Notes: generated by a model from the letters alone, not told the origin. DNA of 64,000 nt from Candidatus Nanohaloarchaea archaeon (GCA_042218075.1 JBDGRK010000003.1:1-64000), one strand, 5' to 3'; shown: positions 35,780 through 44,890, numbered from the stretch's first letter. Program-made: numbers and translations.

Positions 35780-37561
35780 TCACTTCTCGTAGTACTCTCC
35801 CTTCTGTCTCTGCTCACGGTCTTTCTGGCTTTCGGGTTTGTTGGCTCTCATCCTTCCGGAATCGGGGTCCTTCCTGAATGTTATTCCAACTTCCTCCAGG
35901 AATCGGTCCATCGCATCTCCGATCTTCTCCGGCTCGGAACTACTTCCCTTCACTCCAGGCTCGCCGCTGAATACCATTCCACGATCAGCGACGTAATCCA
36001 GGAACATCAGGTCGTGGTCGATTACCATTAAAGGTTTCTCAGTCTTCCTCGCGAACTTCTTCAGCATCTTGCCGAGCTCTACCCTAGCCTCAACGTCGAG
36101 GTAGGCAGAGGGCTCATCCAGCAGGTAGACTTCCGCATCCCTGGAAAGGCAGATCGCGATCCCGACTTTCTGGAGCTCTCCTCCTGAAAGATCTTCGAGG
36201 TTGTTTTCGTAGAGCTTCTCGATCCCCAGAGGCTCTGCGATCCTGTTCTCGAACCTCTTCGATTCAATATCCGCATTTTTTGATAGAGCCTCTTCCACGG
36301 TCTCATCCTTGGCCTCAAGGTACTGCGGCTTGTAGGAGATCAAAACATTGGTAGATTCGCCTTCATCCGGCTCTATGCCTCCAGCCATCATCTTTGCGAA
36401 CACGGTCTTGCCGAGGCCGTTCTCACCGAAGATAGCCAGTATCTCTTCCTGATGGAGTTTCCCTTCTCTGGTCTCGAGCTCAAACTCTCCCTGACCGAAA
36501 TCCTTTGAGAAAGAAGGAAACTCAAGCACAGTCTTATTCTGCTCCACCCTGCTTCTCTTTGTACGATCAAACTTGATCTCGTCAGATCGGAAGCGGACAT
36601 TGTCGGAGGGAAGATAGCCCTCAAGGTACCGGTTTATGCCCTCCCTTGTCGACAGAGCGTTCGATACCATTCCGTAACCAGCAGGTTCGCCGTAGAATAT
36701 GTGTATAGAGTCCGATATCAGGTCGAGTGTCGCGAGGTCGTGCTCTACTGCCAGGACTTTTTCATCATCCAGCTTCCTGATCTCCCTGCCTGTCTCCAGT
36801 CTCTGCCCCACATCCAGGAAGGAGGAGGACTCGTCGAACATGTATAGATCCGCGTCATGGAGAAGTGTCCTGGCTATCGCCACCCTCTGGAGTTCTCCCC
36901 CGGAGAGGTTTTCCAGCTGCCTGTCAAGCAGATGACCTAAATCCAGCCTCTCCACCATCTCTTCGGCTTTTCCTCCTGAATCCTGCAGGAAATCTCTCAC
37001 CTTCCCATCGAACACCTCTGGAAGCCTTTCCACCTGCTGTGGCTTATAGGCTGATTCGACCTCGCCCTCCGAGAGAGCCTCGAAGTGGTCCTGGAGCCCT
37101 GTCCCGCGGTACTCCCTGACTATCTCTTCCCATCCGGGAGGACTCTCCCAGTTCCCGAGGTTGGGTTTGATCTCTCCTGACAGGATTTTGAGTGATACCG
37201 ACTTCCCGATGCCGTTCTCCCCGATCATTCCCACGGACCTACCCTTCTCCGGCGTGGGAACCCCGTAAAGCCTGAAGGAGTTCTCGTGGAACTGGTGGAT
37301 CTTATCCCCCTGCTCGAAGGGAAGCTGAATCATCTTGATCGCTCCCTCATGGGGGTAGCGGTTGATCGCCATCTTGTGGGACTCCATCACTTTCTCATCG
37401 TCGATGTGGAGCTCCTCGTTCTCGTCCAGGTAGAATCCTCCATCCTGGCCCGACCTGTTTAGAGGGTCGTACTTGATCACCGTCTCCCTCGCAAGATCCG
37501 GCTCGATCTTCTCCTGGTCTATGGCGACAATGAACTTCTTCGAGTTTCTGTCCGTTGACAT
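35780..37561 (-). CDS. rli: Ribosome-recycling ATPase ABCE1/RLI
   Basis: Two nucleotide-binding domains (GENGIGKS, LSGGELQR; GENGLGKT, LSGGELQK), YKPQ, ITFRKD, RANK. Confidence 0.95.
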   Translation of the reverse strand: MSTDRNSKKFIVAIDQEKIEPDLARETVIKYDPLNRSGQDGGFYLDENEELHIDDEKVMESHKMAINRYPHEGAIKMIQLPFEQGDKIHQFHENSFRLYGVPTPEKGRSVGMIGENGIGKSVSLKILSGEIKPNLGNWESPPGWEEIVREYRGTGLQDHFEALSEGEVESAYKPQQVERLPEVFDGKVRDFLQDSGGKAEEMVERLDLGHLLDRQLENLSGGELQRVAIARTLLHDADLYMFDESSSFLDVGQRLETGREIRKLDDEKVLAVEHDLATLDLISDSIHIFYGEPAGYGMVSNALSTREGINRYLEGYLPSDNVRFRSDEIKFDRTKRSRVEQNKTVLEFPSFSKDFGQGEFELETREGKLHQEEILAIFGENGLGKTVFAKMMAGGIEPDEGESTNVLISYKPQYLEAKDETVEEALSKNADIESKRFENRIAEPLGIEKLYENNLEDLSGGELQKVGIAICLSRDAEVYLLDEPSAYLDVEARVELGKMLKKFARKTEKPLMVIDHDLMFLDYVADRGMVFSGEPGVKGSSSEPEKIGDAMDRFLEEVGITFRKDPDSGRMRANKPESQKDREQRQKGEYYEK

Positions 37562-37598
37562 AATCTATCATGGAATTCGCAATCTTAATATTCAATGG

Positions 37599-37862
37599 TC
37601 AGAAAAGACCGGAAAATTCTTCTCTTGCCCTGCTCTTTACTTCATCGAATTCCTCGGCTATTTTTTCTCCCTTCTCTGTCCTCTTGCCGTACTCGAGAAT
37701 ATACCTGTATGAACCGGCGCTTGCCGCGGTTACATTGGCTGTACCAATTGCACCGGTACCTGTTTTATGCCCGGCGATTGCACCTAAAGTAAATCCCAAT
37801 GCGTAGTAAGCCCAGATGTATCCGTCTCTTATATCCAGATGTTCTTCGGAGATAGATGACAC
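37599..37862 (-). CDS. Hypothetical small membrane protein
   Basis: 87-aa ORF between two core genes on the same strand. Confidence 0.5.
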   Translation of the reverse strand: MSSISEEHLDIRDGYIWAYYALGFTLGAIAGHKTGTGAIGTANVTAASAGSYRYILEYGKRTEKGEKIAEEFDEVKSRAREEFSGLF

Positions 37863-37865
37863 CCT

Positions 37866-38372
37866 CTACTCAAAGCTCAGGCTGTACTCTTCCTCGGTTA
37901 TCTCCGCGATTATATTCTCAAATTCTTCGACGGAGAGGTTGATCTTCCCCTCGTACTCCTCGTCGACGACAATCTTCTTGCTCTGTCCCTCCGGCGAAAA
38001 GACGGTGTTAATGGATTCAACTTCTGCAGGACTCAGGAGACCCTTGATCGTGTCTATGTCGTCCTCGGCTTTTTCCACTACGCGTATCGATTTCCCTATC
38101 CTGTCGGCAACTTCCTTCACAATATCGCCGCTTCTTCCCACTACTTTTGCGCCGTCTCCCTCGGCCGTCACGATCACGATCACGTTCTCGGCCTCGAAAA
38201 CTTTAAGGATTTCAGAGTCCTTCAGCGAGGCGTATTCCGAGCTGAGATCGTGTAGGATCCTTGAGACCTCTATATCTGTCTCCGTTATCTCTCCGTCCTC
38301 GAGCTTCTCCTCGCACATGCTGCATAGCTCGTCCTCGCTCTTGACGCATACGTTGCAGATTGGAGTCTTCAT
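37866..38372 (-). CDS. Zn-finger + KH-domain protein (archaeal NusA-like)
   Basis: ICNVC...LCSMC; VVGRSG KH loop; IRVVE. Confidence 0.8.
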   Translation of the reverse strand: MKTPICNVCVKSEDELCSMCEEKLEDGEITETDIEVSRILHDLSSEYASLKDSEILKVFEAENVIVIVTAEGDGAKVVGRSGDIVKEVADRIGKSIRVVEKAEDDIDTIKGLLSPAEVESINTVFSPEGQSKKIVVDEEYEGKINLSVEEFENIIAEITEEEYSLSFE

Positions 38373-38425
38373 GTAAAGACGGGTGCTACCAAGAATTAAA
38401 TAGGTGGACGATCGCTGTTCTGGTA

Positions 38426-38569
38426 ATGACTGTATTCGAACTCGAAGATGGAGATCAGGAGATTGGAAGATTGCTTGGAAAGTATGCTGAAGTGAAGGCT
38501 ACTAAAAGTGCTGATGGACCCGGTTATGTAGTAGAATTTTACGCAGAACAGGGATTTTTAGGAGATTAA
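38426..38569 (+). CDS. Small hypothetical protein
   Basis: Short acidic ORF MTVFELEDG... Confidence 0.35.
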   Translation: MTVFELEDGDQEIGRLLGKYAEVKATKSADGPGYVVEFYAEQGFLGD

Positions 38570-39081
38570 TCCCTTATAACTTTCCTGATCAGTTCAAGGG
38601 AATCCAGGAATCCGACTATACCCACCATAAGTACCGCGTAGAAAAGGTAGAAAGAGTTCAGGTAAGTGAGCAGGATTCCAAGTGCCAGGATTCCGATCCA
38701 TACCTTTTCTCCCAGCCTCAGACCATAGTTTTTACTCATTCTGGACGAGATTTCCCTATTCAGTAACATTGCCAATGAGATCGAAGCAAGAGAAAAGAGC
38801 CCGACCAGTCTCGTGACGGAGCTGTGGAGCGAGACAGTGGATACCGCGATCACTGGAACCATGAGATTGCTTACTGATTCGACTACCTTCCTCCATGTAT
38901 TCCTCCCCTCCTTGAGTATCAGCTTCCTGTTGTATCCCAGGATCAGGTAAGCAGCTATAGTTCCCAGTGCTGAGATGAACCCCATTCCTGTATCTGTAAA
39001 CTTCAGCGCGAGGGGAGAAGCCGAAAGTATTATTGATAGGGTTCCGAGAATCGTTATGAAGTAGTTTCTCACAGTTAACAA
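38566..39081 (-). CDS. Membrane protein (possibly degenerate CDP-alcohol phosphatidyltransferase fold)
   Basis: About six TM helices; no catalytic Asp motif. Confidence 0.55.
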   Translation of the reverse strand: MLTVRNYFITILGTLSIILSASPLALKFTDTGMGFISALGTIAAYLILGYNRKLILKEGRNTWRKVVESVSNLMVPVIAVSTVSLHSSVTRLVGLFSLASISLAMLLNREISSRMSKNYGLRLGEKVWIGILALGILLTYLNSFYLFYAVLMVGIVGFLDSLELIRKVIRD

Positions 39082-39109
39082 TCCTGTTCAAGTGTTAAAC
39101 TTTTTCCGG

Positions 39110-39216
39110 TCTGAGAAAATAAAAGAAGATTTAAGACCTCCGCTAAGGGGGGAGGGGAGTGTGACGGTGACCAGAGAGCCTTTTTGACCCTCTGATCCCG
39201 AACACGGAGGTCTTAA
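39110..39216 (-). ncRNA. Structured RNA element in the ftsZ 3' region followed by a U-rich terminator tract
   Basis: 12-bp perfect outer inverted repeat (39131-39142/39205-39216); inner 12-bp hairpin with three G-U pairs on the minus strand; C-rich single strand. Confidence 0.6.
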
Positions 39217-39262
39217 GGGGGTGTGAAAGGGGAATATTAGATAATGGTAAAGTGAAAGGGAA

Positions 39263-40330
39263 TCAGTTCTCGATTACCTCGATTCCCAGGTCGTTGACGT
39301 CTCCGCTGACTTCCGTTTCGTGTTGCTCTTCCACGTCTCCGAGGACGTATGGTGACTCCACGCCTGTCACGATTGAGATCACCTGGAGCTTTCCTTCAAG
39401 CTCATCCTTGACTCTCGCGCCCCAGATCACCTGGGCCTTGTTGTCGAGGTGTCTCTTGACTTTCTGGCCCACCTCGTTGATCTCGTTCAGGGTCAGGTCC
39501 TGTCCTCCAGCGATGTGGATTAGAGCTCCATTCGCTCCTTCGAACTCCACGTCGAGCAGAGGATTGCTCAGCGCCTCGTGGATTGCTTCTTCTCCCTTGT
39601 TGTTGGTGTCGCTCTCTCCGTATCCCACTACAGCTACACCTCCTTCGTTCATGATGGTCTGGACGTCTGCGTAGTCGAGGTTGACGAGTGAAGGTTTTGA
39701 GATCGTTTCAGTCACGCCCTTGATCATCGTTGTAATCAGTTCGTCCGCGACTCCAAAGGCCTGGTCAAGAGGCATGTCTCCAGCAATATCCAGTAAGCGA
39801 TCATTCTCAATCACGATCGCGGTGTCTACGTGCTGTCGCAGCCTGTAGAGGCCATCCTCTGCCTTGCTCATCCTTGCACCTTCAATCTCGAATGGCATCG
39901 TGACTGTTCCTATAACTATGCAGTCCTCCTTCTTCGCGATCTCAGCCAGTACCGGAGCCGCACCAGTTCCTGTTCCTCCGCCCATTCCGGCTGTGAGGAA
40001 AACCATGTCAGCGTCCTTGAAGAGCGATCTGAGTTCAGCCCTGTTCTCTTCGGCCGATCTTGCTCCTTTCTCAGGTTCTCCTCCTGCTCCGAGACCTTTT
40101 GTGAGGTCTCTTCCCACGAGAATTTTTCGATCAGCAGAGCTCATCTCCAGGTGCTGCTTGTCGGTGTTGATCGCGACAGTGTCAGCTCCGTCGACCTCCT
40201 TGTTGTGGATTCGGGTAACCTGGTTGTTTCCAGCTCCTCCTATTCCTACAACAAGGATTCTAGCATCTTTTACATCATCGAGGTTTTCGACTTCGTTTTC
40301 GGATTCGGTATTATCGATTAGGGATTCCAT
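39263..40330 (-). CDS. ftsZ: Cell division protein FtsZ
   Basis: GIGGAGNN, INTD, AGMGGGTGTG, VNLDYADV, IWGA. Confidence 0.98.
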   Translation of the reverse strand: MESLIDNTESENEVENLDDVKDARILVVGIGGAGNNQVTRIHNKEVDGADTVAINTDKQHLEMSSADRKILVGRDLTKGLGAGGEPEKGARSAEENRAELRSLFKDADMVFLTAGMGGGTGTGAAPVLAEIAKKEDCIVIGTVTMPFEIEGARMSKAEDGLYRLRQHVDTAIVIENDRLLDIAGDMPLDQAFGVADELITTMIKGVTETISKPSLVNLDYADVQTIMNEGGVAVVGYGESDTNNKGEEAIHEALSNPLLDVEFEGANGALIHIAGGQDLTLNEINEVGQKVKRHLDNKAQVIWGARVKDELEGKLQVISIVTGVESPYVLGDVEEQHETEVSGDVNDLGIEVIEN

Positions 40331-40345
40331 AGTATGATCACGCGA

Positions 40346-40530
40346 TAGTTATGCCTAACCTTTTTAAAGCGGCATAGCTAACTCTACGATAGAACCCAAA
40401 GCCCAATTTGATACGATACATTCCCCGGATTCAACGCCCAAGTCGAATCCGATAGTCAAACAAACTCGCGCCCAAACGAGTTTGAGTCAACATGTCAGGT
40501 TCGTGCGCCCAAACACGAACATGTAAACTT
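40346..40530 (-). ncRNA. Putative ftsZ 5' leader RNA with four UUGGGC-loop hairpins
   Basis: Loops at 40401, 40436, 40470, 40507 (+ strand GCCCAA), each closed by a different stem; fifth hairpin at 40346-40380. Confidence 0.75.
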
Positions 40531-40554
40531 GTAACCTATAATTTTCTAACCCTG

Positions 40555-40640
40555 TTTATAAAAGTTTGCTAAAACTCGGCTCTCTCGCTGTTCATACCTA
40601 ATGAACACTGAACAGTTCACGCCAGTTCATAACTGTTTAT
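40555..40640 (-). promoter_or_regulatory. ftsZ TATA box and upstream GTTCA/TGAAC operator array
   Basis: TTTTATAAA on the minus strand at about 40555-40563; palindrome TGTTCAT-N5-ATGAACA; GTTCA-like sites at 10-bp spacing. Confidence 0.55.
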
Positions 40641-40671
40641 CAAAAACGTTTTTTCCCTAAAGATCGTTTCA

Positions 40672-41157
40672 CTATAATGTAAAAAAACTGGCCGGTTGAT
40701 AGTTCTCTGCAAAATGCTCTATTCCCTCTTCTGCTCCTGGATCAGGCGATAGTAGCCGGTATGCTTCCAGGTCATCGGGCATAAATACCAGAATGTAATC
40801 GTTATCGTCATTCCATTCCAGATGCAAAGCTTCTCTCGGTAGGTTTCCTCCAACTGCCTCACGCTTCAGCTGATCGAAACTTTCATATTCCCCAGAAAAA
40901 CTGAAATCACATCTTTCCAGGTTCTCCACAGCATCACCTACTATACAGGAAAAGGCTTCCTGTCTCTTCAATAAAGCAGTATATTCATCGCCGTATACCC
41001 GACTATCAATAGAAGCCTCTTCCAGAAGGTCATTTACTTTCCTGGGTTTGGCGACTGAGACTTCTGCACCAGATCCACTCCTATCCAAGTCAGGATTTAC
41101 CCAACCATTAACTTTTTCTCCGTAGTTATCATGGATAGTTTTAGACATTCGCAACAC
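40672..41157 (-). CDS. Hypothetical protein
   Basis: Acidic orphan ORF; start may be ATG 41148. Confidence 0.55.
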   Translation of the reverse strand: MLRMSKTIHDNYGEKVNGWVNPDLDRSGSGAEVSVAKPRKVNDLLEEASIDSRVYGDEYTALLKRQEAFSCIVGDAVENLERCDFSFSGEYESFDQLKREAVGGNLPREALHLEWNDDNDYILVFMPDDLEAYRLLSPDPGAEEGIEHFAENYQPASFFTL

Positions 41158-41204
41158 AAAACATTTCCTGAAGCTTCATATATCTGATCTTTCCTATCCA
41201 AGAT

Positions 41205-41483
41205 ATGGTCGACGTAGAGGAAGTTGAAGATATCGCCGAGAACGCAAGGATCGAACTTCAGGACGGTGAGGCAGAGAAGTTTGCGGAAGAGTTCGAAGAA
41301 ATTCTTGATACTTTCAACACTCTGGAAAAGATAGATACTGAAGACGTTGAACCAGCATTCCATCCGGTAGATACCGATCCCGAGGCCAGAGAAGACGAAG
41401 TAGAGCAAACGCTGGGGATAGAGGAAGTTTTCAGGAATACACAAAATGTGGAAGAGGAACATTTCAAGGGTCCCTCGGTATGA
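41205..41483 (+). CDS. gatC: Asp/Glu-tRNA amidotransferase subunit C
   Basis: IAENARIEL...IDTEDVEP...REDE...FKGP. Confidence 0.92.
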   Translation: MVDVEEVEDIAENARIELQDGEAEKFAEEFEEILDTFNTLEKIDTEDVEPAFHPVDTDPEAREDEVEQTLGIEEVFRNTQNVEEEHFKGPSV

Positions 41484-42067
41484 GTCTACAGGTTTCCAAC
41501 CTGGCGGAAGGGACGGATGATTTCACCGGTAATGTATGGTGCGTGAAGAATGGGGAAACTGTTTTGATCGATGTTGGCACAGGTGATTGCTGGCGGCATA
41601 TAAGGGAGCTTGATACTGTTGACAAGGTTTTCATTACTCATTCCCATTACGATCACGTAGACAATCTACCAAAAGTTGATGACAGGTTCAATCCGGAGAT
41701 ATACGCTTTCGAACCGGAAAACCTTCCAGTGGACTCTAGACGGGTTAAAGATGGGGAGAAAGTTGAAATTTGCAGCCTCGATTTCAGGGTGATCCATACG
41801 CCAGGACATAAAGACGATTCTATATGCATTTACTCGCCCGATAGAAAAGTTTTGTTCGCGGGAGATCTTATCTTCCCGCAGGGCGGCTTCGGCAGGACCG
41901 ACCTCGAGGAAGGTTACAGGGAAATTCTGATACAGTCTATCGAAAAGATCGCGAAAAGGGATGTTGGGGAAATGTATTGCGGTCACGACCCTGCCTCAAC
42001 AGAGAATGTAAATGAAGATATCGAAAAGTCTCTGGAGCAGGCAAGAAAGAGAGAACCGAAATATTAA
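41480..42067 (+). CDS. MBL-fold hydrolase (glyoxalase II-like)
   Basis: THSHYDH, HTPGH, FAGD, GRTD, CGH. Confidence 0.9.
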   Translation: MSLQVSNLAEGTDDFTGNVWCVKNGETVLIDVGTGDCWRHIRELDTVDKVFITHSHYDHVDNLPKVDDRFNPEIYAFEPENLPVDSRRVKDGEKVEICSLDFRVIHTPGHKDDSICIYSPDRKVLFAGDLIFPQGGFGRTDLEEGYREILIQSIEKIAKRDVGEMYCGHDPASTENVNEDIEKSLEQARKREPKY

Positions 42068-42730
42068 TTACAGTTTTTCCAGTAAAACCCTGTGCAGATT
42101 TTCCAGGTTCCTGTAGAGTAAGAATCCGGCAACAATACCTCCGATCAAGACTGCCACAGCGGTCGAAAGGCTATCTATCTGTGTTGCGTAAACCATGAAC
42201 CTGTCCGAGGCCCACCAGCCCAGCATTCCCAGGAAGAAGTTTCTGGGTATCATTCCCACGAAGCTCCAAGTACCGTACTGCTTCCAGTCCATCCTGAAAA
42301 GACCTGCTGAGCCTGAAACAAGTGAGAGCGGTACTACAGGGATTAGCCTGAAGAGGGCCACGTAGTATTTTTCTTTATCCGAATCGAAAAAGTCCTCCAG
42401 TCTGTCGATATCTCTCTCAGATACATCGATCCATTTTCCGTACCTCGAAATTGCGGGTCTGCCGCCGAAAAAGGCCATGGAATAGACAAAGTAAGAGCTG
42501 ATGACCGAGGCGATAGAGGCAGGTATCGAAACAAAGAAGAAAACCTGGATTGACGCGTTCAGCCAAGAATCCGCACTGATTATCAGGTCGGTTGCGCCTG
42601 CGGCCATCGGAATCGCGGGTGAAGGTATCGGAACAATAATTTCCTCGATCACCGCTCCCAACATCACAGCTAAAACCCCATGCTCCGAGATCAACTGGAG
42701 CAGTGTGGTCATCAGGTTTTCAAATACCAT
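42068..42730 (-). CDS. DedA/SNARE-associated membrane protein
   Basis: EEIIVPIPS, GGRP...YGKW, RLIP, SAG. Confidence 0.9.
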   Translation of the reverse strand: MVFENLMTTLLQLISEHGVLAVMLGAVIEEIIVPIPSPAIPMAAGATDLIISADSWLNASIQVFFFVSIPASIASVISSYFVYSMAFFGGRPAISRYGKWIDVSERDIDRLEDFFDSDKEKYYVALFRLIPVVPLSLVSGSAGLFRMDWKQYGTWSFVGMIPRNFFLGMLGWWASDRFMVYATQIDSLSTAVAVLIGGIVAGFLLYRNLENLHRVLLEKL

Positions 42731-42768
42731 AGTTTAAGCTGTCTCTCCCAGACTAATAAGCTAAATGA

Positions 42769-44244
42769 TTACACAAGTGAAATCAGGTAATCGATGAAGC
42801 CGGAAAGAAAGTCCATGAAACCGTAATTCTGGAGGTCCCCTGAGGTCCTGTTCACAATTATTCTCCGTCCATCAGTACTCCTGTTTCTTTCGGGTACTTT
42901 GATTTCGTTTATCTGGAGTTGCTCAGATGACCTGTCCGGTATTCCGGTATAGTACGGATAATCGTACTTATTTACGTTGTCCAGGCAGTCTTCAAACTTT
43001 TCTCTCGAATCATACTTGCAGGGGGTGAGATCCAGGTGATCAGAAAGAATATTCCACTTTTCCCCTGGTGATTCAATTTTCCTGGATACTTCAAGATCTG
43101 AGTAAAGATCTCTCACCGAGTTGTTGTTCGCGACGTAGTTCCGGATAATCAGGTGCGAGTAGGCGTAACCGAACTGCCTGAAATCCGGGAAATCCTGAGG
43201 ATTCCACCGCTCCATGAAATCCCGATCATTCTGGTAATAGCTCCAAAGCTTCTCTTTACTTCCCTGTGAAGGAACTGTGTAGATATAGGTGGTTCCCTGC
43301 TTCTTAACCCTGAATTTCTTCTCCTCGCCGAAAAGCTCGGCAGGACCCACATCGGTCTTTCCCTGGCTATAGAGTCGATGCTTCATCAGGTATTCGGTGT
43401 ATTCAGCCACTCCCTCATCAAGATACGAGGATTTCGTCCTGTCCCATCGCAGGAACCTGTCGTTTAGCCCGTGAACGGTCTCGTGGGCAAGTATCGGCAG
43501 ATGGTTTTCATCCAGGTCATTCCTGAGAGTTAGAGTTCCCGCAGTGTACTCTCCCGCGCTCCACCTGTTGACGGTCTCGTTGAAGCTTTTATCATCCATA
43601 ACCGCGACAGGGAATTTTTCAAACTGCTGTACCAGTCCCGTGGTTCCGACCGATAGACGGTATGCCTTCTCAGATTTTTCTCGTTTCGGACCGAAAAACT
43701 CGTAGTATTCAGTCTTCTTTCCCTCCCCAAAGTTTACGCGAAAGTTTGTAGGACCTTCGCCGGAGAACCTGAATTCCTCGCCGCGGAAAGAGGTGTTGAA
43801 CCCGAAACCAATCCATCCGGATATCAGATCTTCTACATGGAAAACTCCTGTTGTTTTCTCTCCCTTGAAGCTGGGAATCGAGAACCGCCTGTAATGAAGG
43901 TCGCGGTAGATTTTCTTTGCTTCCCGGTCTATCCTCATCTGTATCTTTACAGTCTCGCGTCTCCTGGGCTCTCCCCTGTTAGTGGTTATAGAAAGACTGT
44001 TACCGTTCTTCTCGTAATCCTCTATCTCACCAAGGCTGTCCTCCACCCTGAGTATCTCCGCATCCTCGGGAAGGTTCCAGCTCAATCTCCATCTTGATAC
44101 CGGGCAGGGATTATTGCATTCAAGCTCTACAGTCGTATTCATCAGTATCTTATCCCGATAGACTTCTCCCCTGTACTGTATCTCAGCCGCTGATAAAGTG
44201 GAGAGAAGGATCAGGACGAGAACTGTTAACGTTTTCCTGTACAT
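42769..44244 (-). CDS. Secreted gluzincin (M1/MA-like) metallopeptidase
   Basis: Signal peptide; AHETVH...LDEGVAEY. Confidence 0.75.
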   Translation of the reverse strand: MYRKTLTVLVLILLSTLSAAEIQYRGEVYRDKILMNTTVELECNNPCPVSRWRLSWNLPEDAEILRVEDSLGEIEDYEKNGNSLSITTNRGEPRRRETVKIQMRIDREAKKIYRDLHYRRFSIPSFKGEKTTGVFHVEDLISGWIGFGFNTSFRGEEFRFSGEGPTNFRVNFGEGKKTEYYEFFGPKREKSEKAYRLSVGTTGLVQQFEKFPVAVMDDKSFNETVNRWSAGEYTAGTLTLRNDLDENHLPILAHETVHGLNDRFLRWDRTKSSYLDEGVAEYTEYLMKHRLYSQGKTDVGPAELFGEEKKFRVKKQGTTYIYTVPSQGSKEKLWSYYQNDRDFMERWNPQDFPDFRQFGYAYSHLIIRNYVANNNSVRDLYSDLEVSRKIESPGEKWNILSDHLDLTPCKYDSREKFEDCLDNVNKYDYPYYTGIPDRSSEQLQINEIKVPERNRSTDGRRIIVNRTSGDLQNYGFMDFLSGFIDYLISLV

Positions 44245-44296
44245 GCGCAGTGTTTGCCGGGGAAGGAATAAAAGAACTTTTACAGTCATAATCGGT

Positions 44297-44884
44297 ATGT
44301 CGGTACTTTCTGATAGGGATATTGAAAGACTCATAAGGCATCATAACGCTGTAAGAGTCGATGATGGACCTGAACCCAACTTCGACCTCCAGCTCGGTCC
44401 TTCTTCATTCGATTTGAGGCTGGGTTACGAGTTTGGAATACTTGAGACTAGGAGGATAGAGGCAATTGACACACGAGACATGGAGGAGTATTCGGATATC
44501 CAGGAAACCGTGAGAAAATCGCCGGAGGAGGGCATGGTGGTCCACCCGGGTGAATTCGTTCTGGGGACAACACTGGAAATTCTGAAGGTTCCTGACGACA
44601 TGATAGCAAGGATAGAGGGCAGGAGCAGTTACGCCAGGCTTGGACTGATACCTCATGCGGCTGCAGGTTTTGTTGACGCGGGATTTGAGGGCGCTATTAC
44701 CCTTGAAATCCAGAACCTCGGCAACGTGCCGATCACCATCTACCCTGAGGACAGGTTCTGCCAGGTGGCATTCGAAAGGATGACCTCTGAGGCGGAGAAT
44801 CCTTACGGCGAGAAAGAAGATTCGAAGTACATGAACCAGGAGGGCGCCACCGGATCAAAGCTGGACAGCGAGAAGAGGGAGTAG
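44297..44884 (+). CDS. dcd: dCTP deaminase
   Basis: LSDRDI, SSFDLRLG, EGRSSYARLG, GFVDAGFEGAITLE. Confidence 0.95.
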   Translation: MSVLSDRDIERLIRHHNAVRVDDGPEPNFDLQLGPSSFDLRLGYEFGILETRRIEAIDTRDMEEYSDIQETVRKSPEEGMVVHPGEFVLGTTLEILKVPDDMIARIEGRSSYARLGLIPHAAAGFVDAGFEGAITLEIQNLGNVPITIYPEDRFCQVAFERMTSEAENPYGEKEDSKYMNQEGATGSKLDSEKRE

Positions 44885-44890
44885 GAAGAC

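Noticed and set aside
40396-40520. CRISPR array or iterons
   Set aside because: Only a 6-8 nt core repeats and the flanks are self-complementary stems, not repeat-spacer units; no cas or rep genes in the window
40331-40530. cdrS-like small ORF upstream of ftsZ
   Set aside because: The ATG at 40493 gives only about 20 codons with no RHH character
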